Shown one piece after another: positions 1-12,818 of a DNA stretch of 64,000 nucleotides. This stretch comes from Lama guanicoe (Eukaryota), in contig MU054001.1 of NCBI GenBank assembly GCA_013239625.1, positions 5,815,078 through 5,879,077 on the forward strand. The letters run 5' to 3'. A program made the translations under genes and the position numbers. The first letter of the stretch is position 1. Every line of letters begins with the position of its first letter. Below the pieces are notes generated by a model. That model had not been told where the DNA came from and made no database searches. It was given only the letters and a program-made list of their open reading frames with translations.

Positions 1-109
1 GTTAGCTAGAATCTGAGCACTGACTATGAGTGATCTTTTTTAAAACAACTTCTAGGGGACATCCTGGAGTTACGACAGATTAAGCTCAAGGCAAGCTTTC
101 AGTAACTGT

Positions 110-497
110 GATAGTCACTGGGGCTGCTGACAGAGTCCCCTGTCCTTTTGGGCACATGGTAGGGGGCTGCTCTTTCTCACTTCTGAACACAGATGTGGCT
201 GTGGGTCTTGCCTTCAACCATGAAACATGAGGGGAGGTGACAGTTCCTTCTGGCCAGAAGCATTAAAAGCCATTGAGAAACATGCCACATTTCCTCTTCC
301 TTCCTCAGCAATGACGGAAGCATGTTTTAAAATGAAGCTTCAACCCACCTGGGTCCCTATGTGACTTCTACTCGGGAGATCATTGCCCCCACTAGTTTTA
401 GGCATGAAGTGCGGGTGAGGAGTACAACTTTGTCGCCTTATGTGACTGAGATTTGGGGGTACTTAACACAGCAAAACTTAGCCCGTACTGACTAACT
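110..497 (+). mobile_element. MaLR LTR (MLT1-like)
   Basis: Typical 3' end gactgagatttggggg...acacagcaaaacttagccc..ctgactaa. Confidence 0.6.
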
Positions 498-1404
498 CAC
501 AATGTACCAAATCCTCATACAGTCACTCGAACGAGATTTCATATGCCAGTAATAACCAAACCTCCCTAAAAGCACTGTAACCTTGGAAACTGTTACCTGC
601 CTACAGCCAAAAGAATGAAAGCATAATTTTGATGAAGCTGTTCTGGTGTGGGGGAAGTAGATAACAAAACTAGAAAATGCTCCTAAAAAAATAGAGTAAA
701 ACAGTTAAAATTCATTCTCTGAGTATTTATTGAGTACAAACTATTTGTCAGACACAACATAGTGCTCAGTACAGGATGGCTAAAGCAGGGGTGAATTCTA
801 GTTTGGGAGGGGAAACAAACCCATAAGACACATTTCAATACAATGTGATAAGCATTATGTTAAAAGGGATGTTTAAATGGTTGTGGAGACACACGCAAAG
901 GAGCATTAACAATCTACAGGAGCTGGGAAAGCAAAAATCAAATATAAAAATTCAAAGAAGGTGGAACACTCCCAGAAGAGAGAATAGAAGGAAAAATCAC
1001 AGAAACGGGAAATAAAATGTGACGCTCTCTGCTGTACAGTGTGGCTAGAACCTTAGGTATAAATGGAAGTAACTAGAGGTGTGAAGGGCCTTAATGTTAT
1101 ACTAAGAAATGTGAACTTCATCCTAGAGCTATTAGAGTCTCTTACTCACAGGAGAGGGATGCTCAAAGATTACTGAGAAAGGACTCCTGAGCAGGTGGGT
1201 CAGGGAAAGAAGAAGCTAGAAGGAGATTAGTTAGGAAGCTACTGAAGAGGTCTACCAATGAGGGCTGTAGAAGCAGATGTACAAGGGGTTGGAGGAAAAG
1301 CATTAATTGGAAACAATCCTAAAGCCTAAGAAGAGAAACGATATAATTATGACATCCCGAATCAATGGAATTTATAAAAGTACTTAATATTGAAATTAGA
1401 TATG

Positions 1405-1850
1405 AATGCCATTTGCAGCAACATGGATATCCCTGAAGAATGTCATTCTAAGTGAAGTAAGCCAGAAAGAGAAAGAAAAATACCATATGATATCACTGAT
1501 ATGTGGAATCTTAAAAAAATAAAAAGGAAGAAGAAGAAGACAAATGAACTTAAATATAAAACAGAAACAGACTCACAAACAGAATACAAACTTGTGGTTG
1601 CCAGCGGGGAGGAGAGTGGAAGGGACAGACTGGGAGTTTGAGATTGGTAGATACTGACAGGTATATATAGAATACATAAATAAGTTTATACTGTATAGCA
1701 CAGGGAAATATACACAAGATCTTGTGGTAGCTCATGGGAAAAAGAATATGAAAATAAATATAAATATATATATTCATGTATGACTGAAAAATTGTGCTGT
1801 ACACCAGAAATTGACACAGCATTATAAACTAACTATAACTCAATAAAAAA
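1405..1850 (+). mobile_element. L1 3' fragment (5'-truncated)
   Basis: ORF2-end motif atgccatttgcagcaacatggat, 3'UTR, AATAAA/A-tail; flanking TAGATATG repeat. Confidence 0.88.
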
Positions 1851-2993
1851 TAGATATGGATCAAAAATCAAAACATAAGACTGAATAGGAACCAAAACCA
1901 GAAGAAAGCAAGAATTAAATCAGATGCATGATAGTAAAATTATGTTTCTTTCCAAAAATTCCTTTAATGTCATTGCAAAATCTTTATATGCTTAAAATTC
2001 TTCTGTTGATTCAAAGTGGGGAGAAATAAAGAACAAGAGAAAGAAGTCATGAAGCTGTGTCCAACAGGAGAACGAAGACCCAGGAGGATGACCCAGAGAA
2101 AGAGGCAAAGTCTATTTTCCCCTCTACCTCCTTCATTCCTAAACAGCATATTCACTGGCTCTGGTTCTTTCTTCAAGTAGGTTCTTCCTTTCAGCCCCAA
2201 CAGCAGTTGTAGCTCCAAATTTTCTAGTTTTCCAATGTTCACCACACTTGAAATGCCACATCAGGTACAAATACAATCACGCTACGAATACCTGCCCTAC
2301 ATGCTTCTTAATGATCAGTTTACATGCTGCGTGACTCTCACAGATCCAGTTTCATCACTGGATTACATCAATAGATAAAATATTTTTATATATAAAAATA
2401 TATTTTATAATATATTTCAATAAGATTTGAAACAAAATGGGATGAGCTTTCTGTTCAATCTGGAGTTAACCAAAAAACTCAAACCTAGAATTAAAGAGCC
2501 CAATAGTCAATGCATGCCTAACCTGTGCTTCCTTCCCAGCATTCTAGATGGTCAAGGTTTAACCACACTTGAAATCAGTCTACCGCGGGCTTAACCTCCC
2601 ACACTTATTACCAGTCACAGTGCGACTTTGACTTCTGAACCAACATAACCTGTATAATTTGATGCCTAGATAGTCTAGTGATAAATAGCTCTGTACAGTA
2701 TATTAATATTTAAGATTATTTAGGTTTAATAATTATCTGGTATGGAGACCCTGGAACTTATAAGGAAAGCTCTAGAAATACTCTTTGGAAAAATTTTAGG
2801 AAGGGTTGGCTAGTATGTCTTAGGTACAATCCCAGACAATAGCAAATTGAAATGAGTATATTATAATACACTACTAAATCATTCAAACATATGCTGCCCT
2901 AAAAATTCGCCACTCAACGCATTCATCACATCTTAGGGCGACGAAGAGACCGAGCAAAATAGGGTTTTAAGGAATAACTTAAAAGCAACTCAT

Positions 2994-3228
2994 CTGTACT
3001 GCGTATTTGTAAAACTCTTCTGAGAGTTCTCCTAGCTCCTCCCTGGTTTTACAGGTGTTGGGAAATTCCTCAAGCCGGTCCAACTGTTCCACATCAGCAA
3101 CGGGATATGGCTTCTCTTTCACGACCTGTACAATCTGGAAACGGCATAGGCCTGTAATCAGCAAAGTATAGTGGGGCTTGGGCCAGTTACTGCCGACAAC
3201 CTGGACCGCCAGTGCAGCTGTCCCAATC
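2994..3228 (-). CDS. LONP2: LONP2 coding exon 2 (235 nt), Lon N-terminal domain; 3' boundary anomalous
   Basis: Acceptor tgtttttcag|G continues the exon 1 phase; translates IGTAALAVQVVGSNWPKPHYTLLITGLCRFQ...FYKYAVQ; expected donor position reads ATGAGT (see findings). Confidence 0.93.
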
Positions 3229-4401
3229 CTGAAAAACACACAGAACATCCGTGTTACAAGAGTTCGATACGGCAGAACAGAAACTCACCTCAAAACTGTT
3301 GCCTTTCTGAGAAATTCATTAAAAAACAAAGAACATCTAAAATGGAAATGAATTATTTCTCTATTTAATTTAGCAGCTAGTACACAGCCTGATTAAGTCC
3401 CTACCATCTGCTACGGGGCCATCTCATTCTAATCAGCGCCTCTTTTAAGAATTAGGTAGAAATTCCTAAATATTTGGATTATTTAAGCATAAAAACGTAA
3501 GAGTAAAAGCAGTGGAGAATTACACAGCTCAAATTGTATTTGCCAACTAGGAATGAGGCAATCTTACACCACAATATATATTATTAGCACTTTAAACAGA
3601 TTTATATATAAAGAGCATGATGTAAACCAATCTAAGAAATTCGTGTTCCAATACCAGCTCTGCTACTGACATCAAGCCAGGATTTTTACACAATCTATAA
3701 ACCTCCATGTCTGCCTTATCACAAAGTGCCATCAAATCGGGGAATTAACGTGTATGCCCTTGAATTCTGAATTCCTAAATGTGGGGCTGAATATCAGAGG
3801 CCACACTGTCGTGGACTGAGGAGAGTTAACACAGACCTACATCTCAAGAAGGTATAAACCTAGTTCTCGACTAAGTGGTAATCGCCTCACCTAATACTAG
3901 TTGAACAAGTTTTCAGTCCTAGCTCCTTATCATGCAATGCTGACCCAATCACAAGTAAACTTAATGCACAGAAAGGAAGTCTCCTCCAAACTATGCCAAA
4001 GTTATACAAAACAGAAAGGCCAACAGTTAGAGGACACTTCCAGATCCCAAACTACAACGATATTTTCTCCCCTCGGCTGTAGGAAAGGTGGTCATTTCAG
4101 AAAAGAAACTGAAGTGAAAGTGACCAGAGCTCTCAACACCCTGGAAAACGGTGACACCAGGAAACTACACTTGCCCGTCTCAGACACACTCAGGGTGGAC
4201 ACACTCGGTATGTGGATAATTTAGTGAGCTTGCTGACTTATGTGTGCGGTGAATTCTTGATTACCTCCTGTAGGTGATTCATTCATAGATTACCTGTAAC
4301 CTTTGGCTTCCCTCTGCCACTCAGTCTGTTCTGAGCTGTGCATATCTTTCCTCATCACCCTTCCAGTCAGACCATGGGGATGGGGGATAAAACTTGATTT
4401 A

Positions 4402-4555
4402 GGGGGCAGGGTATAGCTCAAGTGGTAGAGCACGTGCTTAGCATGCACGAGGTCATGGGTTCAATTCCCACTACCTCCTTTAAGAACAAATAAACACTAA
4501 ATAAACCTATTACCTCCCCCAACCAAAAAATAAATAAATATATTAAAAAAAAAAC
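4402..4555 (+). mobile_element. tRNA-derived SINE (Vic-1-like, camelid)
   Basis: A box TAGCTCAAGTGG, B box GGTTCAATTCC, A-rich tail, TSD CTTGATTTA (4393-4401/4556-4564). Confidence 0.85.
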
Positions 4556-7500
4556 CTTGATTTAAACCATCATTTAAACCAAAAAATTAGGATGATGATT
4601 TGGTGGAAAGGAAAAAGATCACATACTTTAAAAACATGAAATGATTTGGCAGTTACATATTATTTTGAGTTATCTGTGTTGTGGCTCCTTGCCTTCAGTC
4701 ACCAACCAACAGTGGATTTTCTCTCCCAGGGTCTGAAAACCAACCAGATGGCCTGAGGGAGTTAGCCATACCTCCCTAATCTAATCTAAACTGATCAGAG
4801 ACCAACTGAGACTATAATTCACTGTAGATGACACAACAATGCTTACACAAATGCAGAAAGAGTTTACAGATCTGTCCACGAGAAGCATCAACAGACCAGA
4901 ACCGGTTCCCCAGCCTAAGGCATTAACCAACCAGAAACCGAGGGGAAACCAGAGGCACAAATCCAAACCTCCGGACTAGGAAACACATTAAATTATTTGG
5001 GCTATGTCACTGATTACAGGTGAGACTGAAACTGAGTTTTCTTACAAAGCAAATAAAATACTTTTGCTAACTGGTGAAAGGAAAATGTTCCAAACTGAAA
5101 AGAGATAAAGGGGGATTTACACTATGCCTTTCCTCCTAATGAGAAAAAACACATAAAGGTTTTAAACATGTTAACTGGTTCTTAGTTTTAATTACTTATA
5201 GTTGACTTGAATGCACCCTATTTAAAGAAAAAACGTGATGGGTGAAATGATCAGATGGCTAGAAAGAGTATCTAGAGAGAGACATTTTGGGTAAAAGTTC
5301 TAGGGGAAAGGACTACGTTTAATGCTATTTTAGACAAGTTGTACTATTTGTTGGGCTCTAGGTTGTAAACATAAAAGTAGGTATGAAGTAAACAAATTAT
5401 TCTATTAATCTAATACTTCCCTTCTAACTATGATCCATAAAAATGCACAGATTTCACATGAAGTTAAGTCATCTTTCTAAATATTCTAGTTCTTCTACCA
5501 CACGCTTTACTAGGCATAACCAAAATCAACATCTTGATTTTGCAACAGCTCCACATGTATTAGAATCCCCATGAGTGGTGTTCTTTCCCTTTAAGTGGCA
5601 GCTCCACACCTTAATGACTGTGCTGTTTTACAGTTCACAGAATTTTTGAGATTCCTGAGAGCTACTTTTTGAGAGTCGTAAAGTTTTATTTTCATCCAAA
5701 CAAAGTCTGACAACAATGGGTAAGATCTGTGTCATTTAGAAACCCAACTTAGATAATAAAAGAGTTCCAAAAGTATCTGAGAACCATCAGCTACCCTGGT
5801 GGGAAAACCTAAAAGCAGCACTACTGCAAAAAGCAGTTTTCCAAGAGGAGGTGATTATGTAGGTAGCTCAACTGCGGAGGATATATGCCAACCACCTTTC
5901 TTTTCTTTTCTTTCTTTTTTTTTTTTTTTAACATTAAAGCCCTCCATTAGTCTTGCAACCCTTAATTGTCGGAGTCTTTTCTGTAACGACGCTAGTTCAG
6001 TTCTGCCCATACTGAAAGAATAAAAGGCCCTCGTACTCCTTCCCCGACCGCCATTTGTGAAATCTACCTTTAAAACTACCCAGTCAGTACCTGTAACATA
6101 ACACCATACATCAACTAAACTTCAATTTTTAAGTGTGATATTGTAAAATAAATACGTAAATTTAAAAAATGAAAACAAATAAATAAAACTACCCATTTAG
6201 GCAATGGAATAATGCCACTAACATACAGGTTTATTGCTCTGCAGTTTACAAAAGGCTTTCCAAAGTATTATTTCATCACACACCACCTTTGACCCCTGTG
6301 GGGAAGACAGCACTACCTCCTCAGCATAATGAGTAACTGAGACTCAAAAAGGGTACCAGGTTAGTTACCTGTAATTATAAGGATATTACACAGCAAACTG
6401 GGGACCTGAATTATTACGACAAATTTTACTCTTTTCCCCTCACAATGGACAATATGAATTTGTACTTAAAAGAAGTATAAAAGCAAACACTATTAACGTG
6501 GCTTCTAAATAGCTGGGGTGCTGCAAAGCACAGCTGTTATTTAATACCCGATGCTTACATCTTAACATTCATGGAAGAGAAGCATTTCTACCAAAGCTCT
6601 GGAAGCAAAAGTTATGCACTTCTGGGAAAGAACCACTGAAACCTCTTTTCAGTTTTCACTTGGTTTCACCTTATCTTCCTGAATACCTGATGATGTTAAG
6701 CGAAATTTATCATCATGATTAATAATGATTTAGAAACAAGGAAGTGGTCTACTAGGATAGGCCTAAGTTCTACAACAGACGAGGCTTCTGTGACTATAAG
6801 AGTTTTGATTTTCACTCCTTTCTTGAAAGTTCATTTCTGAATTTAAGAAATTCTACTCGTAGACTTTCCTTAAAAAGAGTGAAGGCAGATGTAGAAAAAT
6901 CGAAGCAGAGCTATTCGTTATATACTTGCTAATATAAAACATTAAATTTTAAAATGTTAGTATTATCAGGTAATATGTCAAGTGCTTAAGAGTGCTAATA
7001 GATACAGATAAGAGTAGGGCACGGACAAAGACTCAATCCAAATTATGAACTGGTGCACCTGCTACACAGAAAGCATTTTTTTTCTGTCAGACAAATGCCA
7101 ATGAAACTAATTTGGGGTCTCAGAGATGAAGTAACCCAAAAATGAAGAGGAATGAGCTGTCAGCACTATGAGGAAATGAAGAATGCAAGGATACAAGACT
7201 GGAGGGCCATCTTGAAATGCATGAGGACAATGTTATCCATTTTCACTAAGAAAACAATGGGTCACCAAGGGGCCACGAAAAAGACAGTCCTGAGGTGGCA
7301 CGGGAGCCAAATGCTACACCGTGGGGATAATCCAAAGCTCTTCCTCATAAAGACTCCTGGGTCGGGCAACATGCCTGCACCCTGACATGCAGAAAGCGTC
7401 TGTGCTGTTCAAAACCATGAAGGAAGTGGCTCAGGTAAGTCAACACCTGGCCCTGCCACTCTATATGACAAGGAGCACAGAGGAAACAAATTGCTTCTGC

Positions 7501-7942
7501 TGCTCCTCTTGAAGACGGAGGCATCTTCACCTGCATGGTCTGAAGGAAACGCGAGACAGGAGCGGAGCCCTCGCCTTCCTCCTGGGGTCCAACTACCACC
7601 CAGAAAAGCAGGTAATTGGAAAGGACAGATTTGGGTATTGAAACAGAATTATGGATAACTCAATATTTGTACTACTACCAGTTTTTCAATTTTTTAAAGT
7701 AAGAGTATGTAAAGGTCATACATATTAGAGAAAGAAGACATTAGAACCTAATACTAAGGAATTGCAATCTTTCTACACAAACTTTTCAAGTAGCGAACAG
7801 TATTTCTAGGATAACGAGATGGTCTGGTGGGTCCTTATGATGCTGAAATTCTATAAAGAATTTTCAATGTATGTTTTCTAACAAAAATGATTAAATTTTA
7901 ACATTGTTATTCATTTAAAACAAAGGCAATATGAACAACAAG

Positions 7943-8004
7943 GACCAGATTATACTCAGATTATATCAGACCAGATTATACCAGATTTATATTCAGATTA
8001 TATC
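7943..8004. repeat. Degenerate minisatellite of CAGATT(T)ATA units
   Basis: Five CAGATT-led units in about 60 nt. Confidence 0.75.
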
Positions 8005-8752
8005 ATCTGAATATGAGTGATTACTTCCAAGCAGGAGAATTTAGTTGTTATTTTGGAGGGATTTGCATAAAAGAAATTAAAAACCCTCCAAAATCTTGCC
8101 AGAATAATACCAACAAACAGTCACTCAAACCTGAAACATGACTAAACCTACTTTCGAAATTCACAGTGTACCAGTGGGTAAGTAGTAGACATAAAACAAA
8201 AAATCTAATCAGGAGCACTCTTGCCTCAACAGGCAACTAAGTGCCTGGGCACAAAAAGCAAAAAAACTATGGTAGAAATAAACAAAGGTTTAAGGAGTAG
8301 GGTCATATGTAGACAAACCAGAATCCAACACAATTTATTACAGTTTACTGAAACTTGAAAAGTATCTAATTCCACTCAAGCAATAAGCAAAGCAGATCAA
8401 ATGGAAACCAAAATGTTTTCCATACTTGAGAAAAGCAAGGCTTTTACAGTGTGTACTAATGATGGACAATTATGGTTTGTTTTGTTTTGTTTTAGGAGGG
8501 GAGGGAAAGGCTACTAAATCTCCTTTGAGAATCTGATTAAAACTATGGACTCTCCTTTTTAAAAAAAATGGATATAATCACAATATTTTGGACAAAGACA
8601 AGACATTCCTCACCCTCCCGAAATCCATTCAGGGTCAGGTACACCTAATTTTAAGAGGATAACTGCAGGTGAATGAGGAAGGGGCTCTAAATTGAAAATT
8701 TCACAAGAGGTAGGGCGCTTGGGAGGTGAATTTGTTGAGAGCATACTATATA

Positions 8753-9135
8753 CAGCATTGTCCAACAGAAACAGAATGTGAACCACATAGGTACTTTTAG
8801 TAGCCACATTACAAAGAAAAAAGAAACAGGGAAAGTTAATATTTTATTTAACCCCAAACAGCCAAAATATTACCATTCCAACATTTAATCTATTTAGAAT
8901 CTATTTATTCACCAACATTTTTCATACTAAATTTTCAAAATCTGGTGTGTATTGTACGCTTCGAGCACATTTAGGGTGACAATCACCCTGGTTTGTCTGG
9001 GACACAGGGCTTGCAGTGCTAAAACCAGGACCATCCCTGGCAAAGCGGGACAACTGATCACTTCAGAGTATCAATTTGGACAAGACACATTTCAAGTGCT
9101 CTCAAGCCACAGGTGGCTGGTGGGCATAATACTGT
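8753..9135. mobile_element. MER33-like hAT element with a nested MER81/MER94-like element (about 8973-9064)
   Basis: Outer cagcattgtccaa...agccacaggtggct; inner tagggtgac...tgatcact inverted ends. Confidence 0.6.
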
Positions 9136-9880
9136 CAGTGCAACCCTTTATCCAGCATGAGGCAAAGCAGACCACACACGTGATTTCACTTAATCCTCAT
9201 AACACACCTAGGAAACGGATGCTGCTGGTTTCTAAATGACAAATGAAGAAAAGAAACGGGCATAGGTTCGGCCTGTCACACAAAGTCACACAACTAGGGC
9301 CGTGGCGTGGGGTAATCTAGTGGTAAGCTTGGGGCCTAAGAAATGATAAGATATGAGAGGAGGAGAGATGAGAAGATAGGAAAGTTCTAGAAAGGGAGAC
9401 AAGGGAAAATGTGAACAGGGAAGGCCTTCGAGGAAGGGAAACAGTACTGAGGGGAGGAGAGTAGGCAGGGAGTGTGGAACGAAGGCACCCTAAAGTTAAT
9501 GAAGAGACGGTGCAATTTAGGATGGACAGGGAAAAGAGAACGCGCGTGAAGAGCAAGGATTTCAGTTACAAGACGGTGAGGAAGGGAAGGAAGAAAGGAA
9601 GGGAAAGAAAGAAGAGGGGCTGGAGAGTTAAGAGTCCAGGCCTCGGGCCTCGGAGTCTGAGGACCCGGGGGGCGGGGCGGGGAGGGGAGTTCACATCTGA
9701 CTGCAAACAGCTAACGTGCAGCTGTCACTCCACGCATTAGCTCATTTAACGGTCACGAGGCATTCCTCTGTCACCCCTGCCTGGCACGTGAGTCGTCCGA
9801 AGAGGCCGAACCCCGCCGCGCGGCCGCCCCGAGCCCCGCGTCCCGGGCCAGGCCGGGCCGGGGTCCCGGGAGAAGGCCGC

Positions 9881-9907
9881 GCCGCCGCCGCCGCCGCCGC
9901 CGCCGCC
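9881..9907. repeat. (GCC)9 trinucleotide repeat at the start of LONP2 intron 1
   Basis: Perfect 27-nt run about 17 nt from the exon 1 donor. Confidence 0.95.
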
Positions 9908-9923
9908 GGGCCACCCGGCCTAC

Positions 9924-10156
9924 CTGTGCAGCGGCGGCAGGTCCTGCGCGTCGCTGGCCGGGTCGGGCGTGTTGGGGATGACGCCCAGGATGGTGCTCTG
10001 TAGCGACGTGCCCTTGAGCAGGCGGCTCCGCACCAGCTGCAGGTTGCGGGCCGAGTCCACGCTAGTGCGCATGGTGGAGCCCGGCAGCAGCACGCCCTCG
10101 TGCGTGAGCAGCAGCGGGAGGCGGCTGGGGATCTGGATGGGGCTCACCGACGACAT
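9924..10156 (-). CDS. LONP2: Lon protease homolog 2, peroxisomal, coding exon 1 (233 nt)
   Basis: Translates MSSVSPIQIPSRLPLLLTHEGVLLPGSTMRTSVDSARNLQLVRSRLLKGTSLQSTILGVIPNTPDPASDAQDLPPLH(R), the LONP2 N-terminus; Kozak-like GTCACCATG; donor CAG|GTAGGC at 9924/9923. Confidence 0.97.
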
Positions 10157-10444
10157 GGTGACGGCCCTCCGCGGCGGGGAACGGCCCCAGGAGCCGGACA
10201 CACGGATACGCGCGGCCTACACGGCTGGGACCACAGCTGCGGTCCCGGCGCGCCGCCACTTCCGGTCCCGCCCCCTCCCGGAACGCCGGCCACGCACGCC
10301 GAAAACATGCTAAAAGAGGCGCACATCGCCCGTCGTGCACCTGCCCCCTCCCCAGCCGGCTCCCCAGCTTGCTTTCTCGGGAGGCACACTCAGCGCTGTG
10401 TGTGCCCAAGGATGATCCCGTGTAAATCACGTCCACTTGAAACG

Positions 10445-11150
10445 TTGTAACTTTCAATTCGAATTGATTGTAGATGTACACAAATGTTGCAAAAATATAG
10501 AAGGAAATGTCCATGTACCTTTCACCCAGCTTCCCTTGTAGTCGTTTTACATAATCACCGTTCAACCATAAAAACCAGGAAATGAACATTACTGTTATCT
10601 AATCTATAGACTTTCACAAATTTTGCCAGTTTTCTCACTAAGGTCCTTTGGGTCCAGGATCCCACTTTTCATTTGGTTGTGATAGCTCCTCAATCTTTTT
10701 TTTCCCCCTTTGAGACTCTGGTACTTTCTAAAAGTATGGGTCCATTATTTCGTAGAATGTCCCTCAGTTTGGGTTTATCTGATGCTTTCTCTAGGTCAAC
10801 GTTATACATTTTTCGCAGGAAAACCACAGAAGTGATCTGGCCTTAGTGACACATGACGGTGAAATGTTTTACGGCTGGTGATTTTGGCCATGATTTCTTG
10901 AAGGTGGTATCTGCTGGGTTTCTCCACTTTAAGCTACTATGTTTCTCATCAGTAATAAATGCCTGTGGGGAGTTAATTCTTCACTTATTAATTGGAATTC
11001 TGTACAAAAAAGCTGCTCCCTCTCCCTCATTTATTTATTTATTCAATTATTTTTTATATTAGTATGGACTCATGGCTATTCAATTTTTTTATGAGTTATA
11101 ATCCAATAATATCACATATTTTGTTGCTTGAATTTTTTTTCTCCAGATTT
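10445..11150 (-). mobile_element. Old L1M-type 3' fragment next to the LONP2 promoter
   Basis: Motifs such as tacctttcacccagcttccc and gtagaatgtccctcagtttgggtttatctgatg recalled from L1MB/MC tails. Confidence 0.6.
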
Positions 11151-12721
11151 AGCCATGGGGAGCTAGCTCCTTTATGTTGGGACTGGACTTGGATTTGACT
11201 GTAGCTTGCAGAGGGAAAAAATTTCCCCAGCTATAAAGTCCAGCAATGCTCTCAGACTCCAGGAGGGAGTTCAATGTCCAAGTCAACAAGCATTCGTTGA
11301 GTGCAAAGTGCAAGGCCCTGGGCTGACTGTGGATGGGTAGAGGGCCTAATGTAAGGCAAGGGCCTACCTTCAAGCTCCTCTTGGCTGGGCAGCAAGGGCT
11401 AGGGGGCTGGAGGTGGGGGTCAGACCCCTGGACCCCGAGTCCGATGCAGGGCAGATGGAACTGTGTTTCCGCGTGTGCAGCAGGTGAGGGAAAGGAGAAG
11501 GCAGGTGCCCTGGCCACTGTGGTGGAGACAGAAATGCAGGAACTGGGAGCCTGCTGCCTAAAGCTCTTTCTCTGACACAATCCCACCTTTTATTTACTCA
11601 CTGAACAAATATAGTTTGAATGCCTACTATGTGCTGGGTATTACTTTAGGCACAGAGATACATCAGTGAACATGACAGACAAGGTTCATGGAACTGACAA
11701 TCTAGGGGGAAAAACAAACAATAAGCAGGGAAAGTCCTTTTGGAGGGTGACACGTCCTTTAAATGGTCAGAGAAGGCCTCGCTGAAGAGCTTGTGATGGT
11801 CCCGAGCTGGGCACCGAGGAGGCAGCCGCGCTAAAGTCGTGGGGTGGGTGACTGAGGGTCGCTATTCCAGGCAGGGAGCCCGAAGCCTGTGGCTGGAATG
11901 AATTTAGGACGTCTGGGGAGCCTGCTGCCGGAATTTGCTGAGGTGGGGCTGGGGCAGGGCCGGGCTATAGAGCGAGGTTGGGGGACCGAGTCCGCTGGAG
12001 TGAGGAGTTTGGGTCCTACGCTATGCCCGGTGGTTTCACATTGCGGAAGAATTGTTCAGGCTTCTGTTCTCAAAAGGTCGTTTTGGCTGCTGTGGGGGGT
12101 CTGGAGCACGAGGGTTTCAGGTCAGGCGCCCGGAAGCCGGCTAGGAGGTGGTTGAATTTGTCCGGGCCGGAGGTGTGAGAACTTGGACCCGAAGCAGTGG
12201 ATCAAGCTTTGTCTGAGTGTACCTTCACCAGAGTGTGCTGGCGGATTGGACGGGACGAGGGGAGGAGAAACCGATGTCAAGGGACCCTGTCAAGGGTATC
12301 TTTCCAGACTGGGGCCTGAGCCACTAGGACCTAAAGAGAAGCCGGCTGGTAGCAGAAGATTCTGGATCTACTCAGCAAGCCCTGGACCACCTCTCTGGAT
12401 GGTACTGGGCACCCTACCCTGTAATAGGCACTGGGGGTGATACTGAGATACAAAATGCACCTCCCAGGTCCAGGAGAGCTTATCTTTTCATCAAAGCCTC
12501 TCCAAGGACAAGGGGGAAGGGCCCCTTTTTTTTTTTTGAGGCTCCCAGTGTTTTAACAAAGAACTTCAAAAACCATCTTATAAACCTTGTAGTGTATTTT
12601 TTTAAATATTATGTTCAATGCTTTTAATATACACTCCTCCTGACCACAACCAACAATAGAAGAGTTCTACTGCACTGTAGTGGTGTCTTAAGGGAACAGG
12701 TCCACATTTAAGTTGATTGCT

Positions 12722-12818
12722 TTTGGGGGGTTTATTTATTGGAGGTACTGGGGATTGAACCCAGGGCGTGGTACATGTTAAGCAACATTCTACCACTGAG
12801 CTAGCTATACCCTCCCCC
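12722..12818 (-). mobile_element. tRNA-derived SINE (Vic-1-like)
   Basis: Reverse-complement A/B boxes (gggattgaaccc, taccactgagcta). Confidence 0.82.

Larger units (their letters stand above)
9640..10400. promoter_or_regulatory. CpG island / LONP2 promoter with ETS(GABP)-type CCGGAAGT (10258-10265, minus) and GC box (10267-10274)
   Basis: Very high GC and CpG density over exon 1 against a CpG-poor background; motifs read directly; no TATA box evident. Confidence 0.88.

Noticed and set aside
2988..2993. U12-type AT-AC intron as the explanation for the AT donor
   Set aside because: The sequence is ATGAGT, not the required ATATCCTT.
4402..4480. tRNA-like sequences with A and B boxes (about 12 loci)
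   Set aside because: AT-rich tails, TSDs and decay show they are SINEs, not functional tRNA genes.
9716..10589. Several overlapping ORFs around the CpG island, including a poly-Ala one
   Set aside because: By-products of high GC and the GCC repeat; only 9924-10156 (minus) matches a known protein.
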